Shown: one piece after another, positions 39,952-50,105 of the stretch | Numbering within the stretch: position 1 is the first letter of the stretch | How the letters are laid out: each line of letters opens with the position of its first letter | Source of the DNA: a candidate division FCPU426 bacterium | GTDB lineage: Bacteria; Oederibacteriota; PGYV01; Palsa-1178 | NCBI GenBank assembly: GCA_963840035.1 | Contig: CAWIXE010000001.1 | Span: 736,001 to 800,000 of the forward strand | DNA: 64,000 nucleotides | Reading direction: 5' to 3' | Program-made: the position numbers and the translations under genes | Notes under the pieces: generated by a model | The model's input: the letters and a program-made list of their open reading frames with translations, nothing else | Told to the model about the DNA's origin: nothing | The model's database searches: none

Positions 39952-40371
39952 ATGGACAAGGTAAAGGTGTTATTCGTCTGTATCCACAACTCGGCGCGGT
40001 CGCAGATGGCTGAGGCTTTTTTAAACAGCATTGCAGGGGACAGGTTTTTGGCGGAGAGCGCAGGCATAGAGCCGGGAAAGCTTAACCCCATAGTGGTTGA
40101 TGCCATGAAGGACGCGGGCATAGACATATCCGGCAATAAAACAAAATCGGTATTTGATTTTTACAAGGAAGGCAGGATATTTAACTATGTCATTACCGTG
40201 TGCGACCCCGAGGCGGCGGAGCGCTGCCCTTTATTTATAGGAGTAACGGAAAGGCTGCACTGGCCTTTTAAGGATCCGTCTAAGATTGAGGGCACTTATG
40301 AACAGAAGCTTGAAGGGACAAAGAAAATCAGGGATGAGATTAAGGCAAAGATAGAGGAATGGATAAAATAA
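39952..40371 (+). CDS. arsC: Arsenate reductase, LMW-PTP family
   Basis: [27 protein letters not shown]. Confidence 0.9.
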   Translation: MDKVKVLFVCIHNSARSQMAEAFLNSIAGDRFLAESAGIEPGKLNPIVVDAMKDAGIDISGNKTKSVFDFYKEGRIFNYVITVCDPEAAERCPLFIGVTERLHWPFKDPSKIEGTYEQKLEGTKKIRDEIKAKIEEWIK

Positions 40372-40451
40372 CGGATTAACGCGCTGTTGACACGGAAAGC
40401 ATGGTTGTGTTAGTATGCGGCAGGTAAAACAAATATGAAAGGAGAGCGGCG

Positions 40452-40688
40452 TTGAAAAAAGAAAAAAAGAACGGATTTGTTATCGTAATGGCGCTGCTTT
40501 TTGTATTTGTCGGATGCGCCGAGATTTTTCCGGATAACTGCGGTTTTGACGGCGATATAACGACTACATTAAACGATCTTAAGATGATAGTGCCGCAGGA
40601 TTTAACCGTGTCGGCGCCTGATAATATAACTTTCAGCATGCAGGTTTCAGTTTTTGCAATAGAATACCCCCCTAAATACAACTCATAA
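40452..40688 (+). CDS. Small hypothetical lipoprotein-like protein or fragment
   Basis: AGGAG RBS, TTG start, FVGC. Confidence 0.45.
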   Translation: MKKEKKNGFVIVMALLFVFVGCAEIFPDNCGFDGDITTTLNDLKMIVPQDLTVSAPDNITFSMQVSVFAIEYPPKYNS

Positions 40689-40766
40689 GCCACAAACCGT
40701 TTTTAAAAACCTGTTTTATTTATGTCATTAGTCTTTTTATATCATTTATCAGAGGAGGCATTATAT

Positions 40767-41123
40767 ATGGATATTTTTGAAATTTTTGAAAATGACGGAA
40801 AGGGCCGCGATAACCAGGGGAAATATAAGGGGAAAACTGAAAAACACTCCGGTTACAGCGATAATGAGGAATACAGGGACGAGGTCTACGGAAGGGAACA
40901 CGGGCATGGCGGGGGATTGGAAGCTTACAAAGATAAGATTGCGCTTTTGCTGAAGGATAAGCGCATTGCCGTTGCCGGGGTTATATTAATTACGGCCATT
41001 ATGGCAGCAATAATTTTTGCCGTGATTTTGCTCTTTAAATATGTGGATAAGAACGGCGTCAAAGAACTGGTTTTAGCGGTTCAGGGTATTTTATCATGGC
41101 TCTGGCAGGGTTCGGGGAAGTGA
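40767..41123 (+). CDS. Hypothetical membrane protein
   Basis: GAGGAGG RBS; charged His/Gly-rich N-terminus, one TM helix. Confidence 0.7.
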   Translation: MDIFEIFENDGKGRDNQGKYKGKTEKHSGYSDNEEYRDEVYGREHGHGGGLEAYKDKIALLLKDKRIAVAGVILITAIMAAIIFAVILLFKYVDKNGVKELVLAVQGILSWLWQGSGK

Positions 41124-41221
41124 CATGATGGGACTAACAGCCCTGTCCGCGGAATGCGCGTTATATTCAGATAGACTACTTTATGAATTTACCGGCAGGG
41201 AAGCTGCTGTGGAGGCGGAAA

Positions 41222-43756
41222 ATGGAAAATAATACTGATATGAAAAAAGGACTTTCCGGGGATGAGGCCGCGTTCAGGCTGAAGACGCACGGGCCCAACA
41301 GGCTTCCGGAAGCTGAAAAAAAATCGGTCTTTAAGATAGCCTTTGAAGTTGTAAGGGAGCCGATGTTCCTGCTTTTAGTGGCATGCGGCACGCTCTACCT
41401 TATATTGGGCGACATCGAAGAGGCGCTTATGCTCCTTGGTTTTGTATTTGTGGTAATGGGAATAACTTTTTATCAGGAAAGAAAAACAGAACGCGCGCTT
41501 GAGGCGCTGCGGGACCTGTCAAGCCCGAGGGCGCTTGTCATAAGGGATTCCGTAAGGATACGCGTCCCGGGCAGCGAAGTGGTGCCCGGCGACCTGGTGG
41601 TGTTAAGCGAAGGGGACAGGGTGCCGGCGGACGGCATCGTGGTGGAGTGCGGGAACCTTTCCGTAGACGAATCCCTTTTAACGGGCGAGTCCGTGTCTGT
41701 AAGGAAAACAACAGGAAGCACGGACGCGGACATGGGAAAACCGGGCGGGGATAACATGCCTTTTGTTTTTTCAGGGACGCTTATCGTAAGCGGACACGGC
41801 CTGGCCCTGATAAAAAAGACCGGAATTGAAACCGAGATAGGAAAGATAGGCAAAGCCCTATCAAAAGTGGAGCTGGAAAACACACTGCTGCAGAAGGAAA
41901 CCTCTTACCTTGTCAGGAATATCGCCGTTATAGGCGTGATTTTGTGCGCTGCTGTTTTTGTCATATTCGGCCTTACAAGGCAGGACTGGATAAAGGGGTT
42001 CCTCGCGGGGTTAAGCCTTGCCATGGCCATGCTGCCGGAAGAGTTCCCGGTGGTGCTGACCATATTTTTCGCGCTGGGCGCGTGGAGGCTCTCAAAGGTA
42101 AAAGTCCTTGCCCGCCGCGTCCCCGTAATAGAGACTCTCGGATCGGCCACTGTTTTGTGCGTGGATAAGACAGGGACACTGACCCAGAACATGATGAAAG
42201 TAAAAAAGATATACACGCGCGGAAAAATGCACGACGTGGAAGAAAGGGTGCCGGCAAACACCATTGAAGCGGTATTTTTCGGCGCCATGGCGTGCCAGAA
42301 GGACCCGTTTGACCCCATGGAAAAGGCCTTTAAGGAACTGCTTAAACTCGGCGGCCCTGAAGCGGAAGGCGGATCCGCGGAATTTACGGAAGTCAGGCAT
42401 TACCCGATATCCAACGCCATGCTGGCCGTGACCTATGTGCTTAAGGATAAAAAGGGCGGCTTAATAGCCGCGGCAAAAGGCGCGCCCGAGGCTGTCGCGA
42501 AATTATGCGGGATAAAGGATGAAAAGTTAAAAGTGTATTTGAGCACAGTGTCAGAAATGGCAAATGAAGGGATGCGCGTGATAGGGATAGCCAAAGCCGT
42601 GCCGCCAAAAGGAAACCTTCCTGAAACGCAGGATGGATTTGAATTTGAACTGCTCGGCCTCGCCGGGCTTGCCGACCCTGTCAGGCCGTCGGTTAAGGGC
42701 GCAGTGCAGGAATGCTACAGCGCGGGCATACGCGTGGTTATGATAACCGGGGATTACGCCGGTACCGCGAAGTGCATAGCCGGGCAGATAGGCTTAAAAA
42801 ACCATGACATAGCCATAACCGGCGAAGAACTTGAAAAGATGAATGACGATGAGCTGTCGGTGAAAATAAAGGTGTGCAATATTTTTGCGCGCGTGGTGCC
42901 GGAACAGAAGTTAAAGCTTGTAAAAGCCTTAAAAGCCAACGGCGAAATAGTGGCCATGACAGGGGACGGCGTTAATGACGCGCCCGCCCTGAAATCGGCG
43001 CACATCGGCATATCCATGGGAGGCAGGGGGACGGATGTGGCCAGGGAGGCATCCTCCATGGTGCTTCTTGAGGATGATTTTTCCTCCATAGTTCAGGCCG
43101 TAAGGATGGGCAGGAGGATATTTGAAAATATAAAAAAGGCCCTGTCGTATATAATTTCCGTCCACGTTCCCATAGCAGGGCTTTCGCTGATTCCGGTAAT
43201 TTTTAAGTGGCCGCTTATCCTCATGCCGGTGCACATAGTATTTCTGGAGCTCATCATAGACCCGGCGTGCTCAACGGTATTTGAGGGCGAGGCCGAGGAA
43301 AAGGATTCCATGAAAAAACCGCCGCGCGACAGGACTAAAAAAGTATTCGGCGCGGCCATGATCGGCGCCGCCGTATGCCAGGGGCTCGCTGTCATGGCGG
43401 TAATACTGTGCGTGATGTTCATCTCAGGCAGGATAAACGCAAGCGAGGAGGAGTCAAGGGCCATGGCTTTTACCACGCTTGTTGTGGCAAACATGGGGCT
43501 GATACTTACAAACCTTTCCAGAACAAGGAACATATTTGAAATCGCGGCAGGGCCGAATAAAACAAAATGGTGGATTCTGTCCGGCGCGGCAGTTATGCTC
43601 GCGGCGGTTTTATGCGTGCCGTTTCTGCGCGAATTATTCAGGTTTGGCAAACTCCATGCCGGGGACGTGCTTTTATGCGTCGCTGCAGGCGCGGCGTCCA
43701 TTATGATATTTGAAATTTTAAAAATTGTACAGGGACGTAAAATGCAAAAAACATAA
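41222..43756 (+). CDS. Cation-transporting P-type ATPase (type II-like)
   Basis: TGES, PEEFP, DKTGTLT, KGAPE, TGDGVNDAPAL. Confidence 0.95.
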   Translation: MENNTDMKKGLSGDEAAFRLKTHGPNRLPEAEKKSVFKIAFEVVREPMFLLLVACGTLYLILGDIEEALMLLGFVFVVMGITFYQERKTERALEALRDLSSPRALVIRDSVRIRVPGSEVVPGDLVVLSEGDRVPADGIVVECGNLSVDESLLTGESVSVRKTTGSTDADMGKPGGDNMPFVFSGTLIVSGHGLALIKKTGIETEIGKIGKALSKVELENTLLQKETSYLVRNIAVIGVILCAAVFVIFGLTRQDWIKGFLAGLSLAMAMLPEEFPVVLTIFFALGAWRLSKVKVLARRVPVIETLGSATVLCVDKTGTLTQNMMKVKKIYTRGKMHDVEERVPANTIEAVFFGAMACQKDPFDPMEKAFKELLKLGGPEAEGGSAEFTEVRHYPISNAMLAVTYVLKDKKGGLIAAAKGAPEAVAKLCGIKDEKLKVYLSTVSEMANEGMRVIGIAKAVPPKGNLPETQDGFEFELLGLAGLADPVRPSVKGAVQECYSAGIRVVMITGDYAGTAKCIAGQIGLKNHDIAITGEELEKMNDDELSVKIKVCNIFARVVPEQKLKLVKALKANGEIVAMTGDGVNDAPALKSAHIGISMGGRGTDVAREASSMVLLEDDFSSIVQAVRMGRRIFENIKKALSYIISVHVPIAGLSLIPVIFKWPLILMPVHIVFLELIIDPACSTVFEGEAEEKDSMKKPPRDRTKKVFGAAMIGAAVCQGLAVMAVILCVMFISGRINASEEESRAMAFTTLVVANMGLILTNLSRTRNIFEIAAGPNKTKWWILSGAAVMLAAVLCVPFLRELFRFGKLHAGDVLLCVAAGAASIMIFEILKIVQGRKMQKT

Positions 43757-43882
43757 AAGACCGGCCCGGCAGGGACCATACCCCCCAACCCAAGCTTTAC
43801 CCCTTTAACCCTGCCGGGCCTTCTTAAAATGCGCCGCATAATAAAAGGCGGGACGCAGCAAGCTGTGTCTCTTATACGGTTT

Positions 43883-44010
43883 TGTAGAGCCGCCGCTTGC
43901 TGCGGCTCAAACGCCGGGTTTAAATTTGTTGTGGTATTTATTATGTTTTATTCATAAACATACGTTTTAATACAGGATACCTTGAGCCGCAGCAAGCGGC
44001 GGCTCTACAA
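43883..44010. repeat. Inverted GTAG-REP pair (REPIN-like)
   Basis: TGTAGAGCCGCCGCTTGCTGCGGCTCAA and its exact reverse complement. Confidence 0.9.
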
Positions 44011-44040
44011 AAAACTAGTCTATAGGTTCCGTGGCTGCCC

Positions 44041-44068
44041 TTGACAAATCCCTTAAAACCCATATAAT
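44041..44068 (+). promoter_or_regulatory. Sigma70-type promoter
   Basis: TTGACA-16-TATAAT. Confidence 0.7.
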
Positions 44069-44096
44069 CAATCAAATCCTATAAACAGGAGTTTTT

Positions 44097-44255
44097 ATGA
44101 ACCTCTGGCAGCAGATAAAAGACGCGTTTTATAAGCTTATCATAAAAGTGGATAACGGTTTTTTGTGCGACACGTGCAGATACAACCACCCGACAGACTG
44201 CAACGAGCCGGACAGGCCCAACGCTAAGGTTTGCAGGGAGTATAAACATAAGTAG
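44097..44255 (+). CDS. 52-aa four-cysteine protein (absent from the ORF track)
   Basis: AGGAG RBS; MNLWQQIKDAFYKLIIKVDNGFLCDTCRYNHPTDCNEPDRPNAKVCREYKHK. Confidence 0.75.
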   Translation: MNLWQQIKDAFYKLIIKVDNGFLCDTCRYNHPTDCNEPDRPNAKVCREYKHK

Positions 44256-44257
44256 TT

Positions 44258-44367
44258 TATTTTAGATTTTATATTTTAAATTTTCGATTTATGGTATTCC
44301 ATGGCGATATTATAATAGAGCCGCGGAGCACATTAAATCTAAAATTTTAAATTGAAAATATAAAATT
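44258..44367. repeat. AT-rich heptamer-arm hairpin element, inverted relative to 39829
   Basis: Core matches the reverse complement of the first core at 38/42. Confidence 0.9.
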
Positions 44368-44380
44368 AAGGAGTTTTTAA

Positions 44381-44626
44381 ATGCCAACATACACTTACGA
44401 ATGCAAGGCCTGCGGGGTTTTCGAGGACGAACACTCCATAAAGCAGGACGCCCATGCCATCTGCCCGAAGTGCGGGGGCAAGGAGATAAAGCGGCTTATA
44501 GGACAGAATACAAACTTTATCTTAAAAGGCAGCGGGTTTTATCAGAACGATTATAAGAACAAACCGGAAGCGCCGACGCCATGTGCGGGTTGTGATAAGG
44601 CTAAGTCGGGGGAATGCGGCGGATAA
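44381..44626 (+). CDS. FmdB-family zinc-ribbon protein
   Basis: MPTYTYECKAC...CPKCG...FILKGSGFYQNDY. Confidence 0.9.
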   Translation: MPTYTYECKACGVFEDEHSIKQDAHAICPKCGGKEIKRLIGQNTNFILKGSGFYQNDYKNKPEAPTPCAGCDKAKSGECGG

Positions 44627-44629
44627 TAC

Positions 44630-45135
44630 ATTTAAAAAGTTAAATTTGAAATTTAAAATTGAATTATAAGGGGCAAATGCAGTACAGCAGGAAAAGGGCT
44701 CAGAAACATAGGGGGGTAAATGGATAAGAACGACTTAAAATTGAGGACAAAAAGATTTGCTTTGAAAATTATTGATTTTTCAAACAGCATCCCTTTGTCC
44801 AAACAAGGAAAGGTTATTGAAGGGCAGATCATCAGGAGTGGGACGTCTGTCGGATCGAACTACAGGAGCACATGCAGTTCAAAATCCCGCAGGGATTTTA
44901 TTAATAAGCTTTCTATCGTGCTTGAAGAAATTGATGAAACCAAGTATTGGCTGGAATTGCTTGAAGAATCAGGGACTGTTCCAAAAGAAACCATTGCTCC
45001 AATTTATGATGAAGCAAGCCAAATAATGGCAATTATAGTGGCGTCATTAAAAACGGCAAAGTTGAATGGCGCCAAAAAGCAGGCAGTAAGTGCTTAATGT
45101 TTCAATTTTAAATTTTAGATTTAAAATTTCAAATT
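44630..45135 (+). mobile_element. Putative element: AT-rich heptamer inverted arms enclosing a four-helix-bundle gene
   Basis: Arms 44630-44663 and about 45101-45134 pair at 29/34; mobility is inferred. Confidence 0.6.
44720..45097 (+). CDS. Four-helix bundle protein (23S rRNA IVP / Avd-like family)
   Basis: RTKRFA, QIIRSGTSVGSNY, DFINKL, EEIDETKYWLELL. Confidence 0.9.
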   Translation: MDKNDLKLRTKRFALKIIDFSNSIPLSKQGKVIEGQIIRSGTSVGSNYRSTCSSKSRRDFINKLSIVLEEIDETKYWLELLEESGTVPKETIAPIYDEASQIMAIIVASLKTAKLNGAKKQAVSA

Positions 45136-45148
45136 ACCTGGAGATTTT

Positions 45149-46429
45149 ATGAACGTAAGCGCAGTAATCATGGCCGCGGGCAAGGGGACGCGCATGATAT
45201 CGGACAAGACAAAGGTGCTTCACGAAGTCGCGGGCAAGCCAATGCTGGGGCATGTCATAGACGCCTGCTATGAGGCGGGAATTAAGGACGTTGTCATCAT
45301 AGCCGGCGCCAACTATTCCGAGCTTAAGGGCTTCACGGATAAAGCTTACGCCGGCTGCGGCATCAAGTTTGTCATCCAGAAAAAGCAGCTCGGGACCGCG
45401 CATGCCATTTCAACGGCTTTGAAGGCGCGCATACCTTATAAGGAAGCAGTCCTCATATTAAGCGGCGACGTACCCATGATCCAGGCCTCCACTTTGCGCG
45501 AACTTATAATGGAGTTTACAAAAGAAAAGTGCGGTGGTATAATCTGTTCCTCAAAAGTGGACGACCCTCACGGGTATGGAAGGGTCATACGGGACAGCCA
45601 GGGCTCTATAATAAGGATAGTCGAGGAGAAAAACGCCTCGGATGAGCAGAAGAAAATCAACCTTATAAACGGCGGGATTTACATATTTAACAGGGATTTG
45701 CTCAAAAAATATATAAGCAGGGTGAAGTTGGACCCGGTCAAGAAAGAGTACTATCTGACCGACCTTGCGGCTTTGATGGCGGAAAAATCCATAATAATAA
45801 GGCCAAAAATCACGGATTACCTCGAGGTTTCAGGGGTAAACGACAGGGTGCAGCTGATGGAAACAGGAAAGCTTAAGAATAAAAAAACTCTTGAAAAGTT
45901 AGCGAAAAATGGTATAACTATTGTTGATTTTGATACGGTTTTTATTGATGAAAATGTGAGTATCGGCAAGGATACTGTCATACAACCATTCACTGTCATC
46001 AGAGGAAAAACCTCCATCGGCAAAGGCTGTAACATCGGGCCGTTTGCCCACATAAGGCCGGACACGATAATCGGCGATTTTTGCAAGATCGGCAATTATG
46101 TGGAAATTAAAAAATCGAAGATAGGAAGCCACACTAATGTGGCTCATTTGAGTTATATTGGCGACGCCGAGCTTGGCGATAAAGTAAACATCGGCGCGGG
46201 CACCATCACATGCAATTATGACGGTTTTAAGAAGAATAAAACCGTGATTGGAAACAATGTTTTTGTGGGAAGCGACACGAAATTTGTCGCCCCGGTAAAA
46301 ATCGGTAATGACGTAGTAATCGCAGCCGGATCTGTAATAACGGAGGACGTGCCGGGAGGCGCGCTGGCAGTAGCCAGGGCCAGGCAGGTAAATAAGGAAA
46401 AATGGACGAAAAACAGGAGAGCAAAATGA
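45149..46429 (+). CDS. glmU: Bifunctional UDP-GlcNAc pyrophosphorylase / GlcN-1-P acetyltransferase
   Basis: AAGKGTRM, QLGTAHA, EYYLTD, HLSYIGDA, ITCNYDG. Confidence 0.95.
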   Translation: MNVSAVIMAAGKGTRMISDKTKVLHEVAGKPMLGHVIDACYEAGIKDVVIIAGANYSELKGFTDKAYAGCGIKFVIQKKQLGTAHAISTALKARIPYKEAVLILSGDVPMIQASTLRELIMEFTKEKCGGIICSSKVDDPHGYGRVIRDSQGSIIRIVEEKNASDEQKKINLINGGIYIFNRDLLKKYISRVKLDPVKKEYYLTDLAALMAEKSIIIRPKITDYLEVSGVNDRVQLMETGKLKNKKTLEKLAKNGITIVDFDTVFIDENVSIGKDTVIQPFTVIRGKTSIGKGCNIGPFAHIRPDTIIGDFCKIGNYVEIKKSKIGSHTNVAHLSYIGDAELGDKVNIGAGTITCNYDGFKKNKTVIGNNVFVGSDTKFVAPVKIGNDVVIAAGSVITEDVPGGALAVARARQVNKEKWTKNRRAK

Positions 46430-47352
46430 TAATATTTTCCGGCAACTCGAACTTAAAGCTGGCTTCAGCTGTAGCGGCGGAAATGAAGATGAAACTCGGC
46501 GACGCGCTCGTGGGAAAGTTCCCCGAAGGCGAAGTCAGGATTAAGATAAATGAAAACGTGCGCGGCAAGGACGTGTTTGTGATACAGTCCACCTGCGCGC
46601 CGACTAACGATAATTTAATGGAACTGCTCGCCATGATAGACGCCTTAAAAAGGGCGTCGGCCAAAAGGATCACGGCGGTGCTTCCTTTTTACGGATACGC
46701 CAGGCAGGACAGGAAAGACCAGCCGAGGGTGCCGATAACGGCGAAACTCGTGGCAAACTTATTGACGACAGCCGGGGCGCACAGGGTGCTTACCATGGAT
46801 TTGCACGCCGGACAGATACAGGGATTCTTTGACATCCCGGTCGACCATCTGCTGGCGGCGCCGGTATTCATAAATTATTTCAAGAAAAAGAAACTCAAAA
46901 ATTTTGTAATATCAACCTCGGATATCGGCGGCATAAAGCTGGCATGGTATTTCGCAGAGAAGCTGGGCACGGAGCTTGCCATAGTCGATAAGAAGCGCAG
47001 CGGCCCTGAAACGGTCGAGGCCATGCACATGATAGGCGACGTAAAGGGAAAAGACGTCATCATACCGGACGACATGATAGCCACGGGCGGAACGCTCGTG
47101 CAGGCAGCCAAGTTCCTAAAGGCAAAAGGGGCGCGCGACATATATGCCTGCATGACACACGGGCTTTTCTCAGGCACTGCCGTGGAAAAGATAGCGGAGT
47201 CGCCGATCAAGGAAGTCGTGGTTACTGATACTATACCGCAGGACGCAAGGAAAGAAGTAAAGAAGATAAAAGTATTATCGGTTGCCGAACTTTTTGGCGA
47301 GGCCATAACCAGGATACACGAGGAAAAGACGATATCCCAGCTGTTTAAATAA
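46426..47352 (+). CDS. prs: Ribose-phosphate pyrophosphokinase
   Basis: YGYARQDRK, DLHAGQIQGFF, DDMIATGGT. Confidence 0.97.
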   Translation: MIIFSGNSNLKLASAVAAEMKMKLGDALVGKFPEGEVRIKINENVRGKDVFVIQSTCAPTNDNLMELLAMIDALKRASAKRITAVLPFYGYARQDRKDQPRVPITAKLVANLLTTAGAHRVLTMDLHAGQIQGFFDIPVDHLLAAPVFINYFKKKKLKNFVISTSDIGGIKLAWYFAEKLGTELAIVDKKRSGPETVEAMHMIGDVKGKDVIIPDDMIATGGTLVQAAKFLKAKGARDIYACMTHGLFSGTAVEKIAESPIKEVVVTDTIPQDARKEVKKIKVLSVAELFGEAITRIHEEKTISQLFK

Positions 47353-47498
47353 GCAGCAGTCAACGAATCTATCGGACGCTTGAAAAACGTCCTGATATAG
47401 CACCGGACCTAAAGTTTTGCACGCGCGGAAAACGGGTCCGGCGGGCTAATAGAAAACCGGACAGCAGAACGTTGTCAAGGAAAGCAGGAGGAAGAGAA

Positions 47499-48245
47499 AT
47501 GGAAAAAGTGATTTTGGAAGCGGCGACAAGAGAAGGAAAGGTGGAATCAAGAAAAGTGAGAAAAGAAGGAAAAGTACCGGCGGTATTGTACGGAAAAGAA
47601 ACTAAGAGCATGCCCATAGAAATTAAGATCAGGGACATCGAGAAAACGGTAAAACACCTGTCAGAAGGGACGCTTTTAATAACCTTAAAGCTTACCGGCA
47701 AGGGTATGAATGAGGAAAAGATCGTAGTCATCCAGGAAGTCCAGAGGGACCCGAAGACTGACGAGATCATCCACGCGGATTTCAAGCAGATCAGCGAAAA
47801 AGAAAAATCAACCTTTAAAGTGCCTGTGTTCTCAACCGGCGCATCAGAAGGCGTAAAGATCGGCGGAGTCCTGGAGTTCATCACCAGGTATATTACGGTA
47901 AGGTGCCTGCCCAAGGACCTCCCGCAGAAGTTTGAACTCGACATCACGCCGCTTATGATCGGCGACGACATCACTGTTGCCGGACTGCCCAAGATAGAGG
48001 GCGTCGAAGTAATGACTGACCCGCATAAGGTCATATTCACCTGCGTTTCCCACAAGATCGAGGAAGCGCCGAAGCCGGAAGACGCGGCAGCGGCAGCAAC
48101 TGCGGAAGGCGCGCAGCCCGAGCTTATCAAGAAACCGGGAGCTGAAGAAGAAGGCGCTGAAGGCGCCGCACCGGCGGCAGGAGCAAAAGGAGCGGCCCCG
48201 GCAAAGGGAGCTGCGGCACCTGCGAAGGACGCAAAGAAGAAATAA
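47499..48245 (+). CDS. rplY: 50S ribosomal protein L25 / Ctc
   Basis: VPAVLYG, EVQRDP, HADF, GVKIGG; synteny. Confidence 0.95.
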   Translation: MEKVILEAATREGKVESRKVRKEGKVPAVLYGKETKSMPIEIKIRDIEKTVKHLSEGTLLITLKLTGKGMNEEKIVVIQEVQRDPKTDEIIHADFKQISEKEKSTFKVPVFSTGASEGVKIGGVLEFITRYITVRCLPKDLPQKFELDITPLMIGDDITVAGLPKIEGVEVMTDPHKVIFTCVSHKIEEAPKPEDAAAAATAEGAQPELIKKPGAEEEGAEGAAPAAGAKGAAPAKGAAAPAKDAKKK

Positions 48246-48266
48246 CACCCAAAAGGTGTTTTATAC

Positions 48267-48298
48267 AAAGGCCCGCGGAAACGCGGGCCTTTTTTTTT
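48267..48298 (+). terminator. Intrinsic terminator
   Basis: GGCCCGCG-GAAA-CGCGGGCC plus T9. Confidence 0.9.
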
Positions 48299-48329
48299 GG
48301 CTGAAGATGGAACAAAATGTATGTATGGT

Positions 48330-48510
48330 TGTGGCAGCTGCAGACCGGTTTTTTTCATGGATTGCGCAGTAGCGCAGGCCATGAAAAAAACCGGTCTGCA
48401 GCTGCCACAGGTTACACGGTTTTATTAATGAATTACGCAGCATAGTCCGCCGAAGCTTTAGCGAAGACGGATAGCGCAGGCCATGAAGAAACCCGCCCTG
48501 CAGCTGCCAC
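48330..48510. repeat. Perfect 31-bp-stem palindrome plus a degenerate second copy with nested insert
   Basis: Arms 48330-48360 and 48379-48409. Confidence 0.85.
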
Positions 48511-48657
48511 AAGCAGCGTAAACGAAAAAACGCCAATGCGACAGCTGCCAAAAAGCGGATTTTTATACCTGCTGATGAGCATAACCGCAATGCTTGATTT
48601 TTGCCGGTGTTCATAGTAAAGTATATCTACGGACTAAAACAATGAGAGAGGGAATTA

Positions 48658-49533
48658 ATGAAAAAAACACTTATATTTATTCTGCTCGGATTGATACTTG
48701 CCGCAGGGTGCGCCAAGAAAGCTCCAAGCGCCCCGGCTGATAACACCCCTGTTTCTTCAAAGACACCAACTGCCACATGGACAATAACGGGAACCGGGAC
48801 ACAAACAGCCACTTTTACAAATACCGCTACCATAACATGCACCCCCACACATACTCAGACACACACTGCCACGCCCACATCTACAGCCACGGTTACGAAC
48901 ACGCCCTTCAGCCTCATACTCAGGCAGGGCGATAATTCGTATGCCGGTACAACGGACAATTTAATTGACAAGGCAATCCCAAATAAGAATTTTGGAGGTT
49001 CTTCGTTTTTTGTTCTATCCGCGTCATCCGGCAACCCGAAAAGAATGCTTGTAAAATATGACCTGGCAGGGCAGTTTGCGGTCACAAATACAGCGGTCGG
49101 CGCGGAGTTTGTGCTTGTAACAAATAATTCGAACGGTACCGCGGCATTCGGTATGACTCCTTACAATCTGACGCATTACTGGGCCGAGGGTATTTGTTCC
49201 GGTATCGGTTGCGACGGTTATTCCTCATGGAATAATTATGACGCGGCAATGTCACTGACATGGGTATCGCCCTGGACAACGCCGGGAGGGGACTTTGACC
49301 CGGCGCCGGCGGGGCCGTCTTCCATGATAATACCCACGGGAACGCTCGGCCAGGAGTATACTTTCCGGCTCAATGAAAGCGTCATAAATGGGTGGATACA
49401 AAACGCGGCCGACAATAATGGAATTATCCTCAAGATGGACGACGAGAGCGCCTCGTCAGGATTTATTACCCCGTACACAAAACACATCGTAACAATATCG
49501 TACAGGCCCCGCCTGACGATATATTACTATTAA
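48658..49533 (+). CDS. Lipoprotein with DNRLRE/CBM96-like domain
   Basis: Lipobox AAGC; YAGTTD, WTTPGGDF, NNGIIL, RPRLTIYY. Confidence 0.75.
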   Translation: MKKTLIFILLGLILAAGCAKKAPSAPADNTPVSSKTPTATWTITGTGTQTATFTNTATITCTPTHTQTHTATPTSTATVTNTPFSLILRQGDNSYAGTTDNLIDKAIPNKNFGGSSFFVLSASSGNPKRMLVKYDLAGQFAVTNTAVGAEFVLVTNNSNGTAAFGMTPYNLTHYWAEGICSGIGCDGYSSWNNYDAAMSLTWVSPWTTPGGDFDPAPAGPSSMIIPTGTLGQEYTFRLNESVINGWIQNAADNNGIILKMDDESASSGFITPYTKHIVTISYRPRLTIYYY

Positions 49534-49543
49534 AGGCAAACAA

Positions 49544-50104
49544 ATGAAACTAATCGTGGGGCTCGGAAATCCCGGGCAGAAGTATGAAAAAACAAGGCAT
49601 AACATAGGTTTTCTTTTTGCCGATTATTTTGCCGGCAAACACGGCGTAAAAATGAAGAACACGGATAAGGCTGAATCCGGGGCAGGCGAAATAAGCGGCG
49701 AAAAATTCATGCTTTTAAAGCCGCAGACTTATATGAACCTTTCAGGTCAGGCAGTGCAGCCTGTTGCCGCATATAAAAAAATAGAGGTAAATGACATTCT
49801 TATAGTTCATGACGATGTTGACCTGCCGGAGTTTGATGTGCGGATAAAACGCGGCGGCGGCGACGGCGGGCATAACGGGCTTAAATCAATATCAGAACAA
49901 CTCGGAAATAATTATTACGTCCGCGTCCGTGTGGGCGTGGGCAGGCCGCCGAATCCGAACATGGATACGGCTGACTGGGTGTTAAGCGCTCTGAGCCATG
50001 AAAATCTTGACATACTGAACAAGAAGTTTGAAGTTATTGATGAATTTATAGCCAGGTATATTACTGAAGGATATGATAAGGCAGCGGGGAAGTTTAAGGG
50101 ATAG
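49544..50104 (+). CDS. pth: Peptidyl-tRNA hydrolase
   Basis: GLGNPG, TRHNIG, KPQTYMNLSG, GGHNGLKS. Confidence 0.97.
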   Translation: MKLIVGLGNPGQKYEKTRHNIGFLFADYFAGKHGVKMKNTDKAESGAGEISGEKFMLLKPQTYMNLSGQAVQPVAAYKKIEVNDILIVHDDVDLPEFDVRIKRGGGDGGHNGLKSISEQLGNNYYVRVRVGVGRPPNPNMDTADWVLSALSHENLDILNKKFEVIDEFIARYITEGYDKAAGKFKG

Positions 50105-50105
50105 G

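Noticed and set aside
47353..47498. tRNA between prs and rplY
   Set aside because: No cloverleaf or T-loop consensus
47369..48382. 337-aa antisense ORF
   Set aside because: Shadow of rplY with no recognisable motifs
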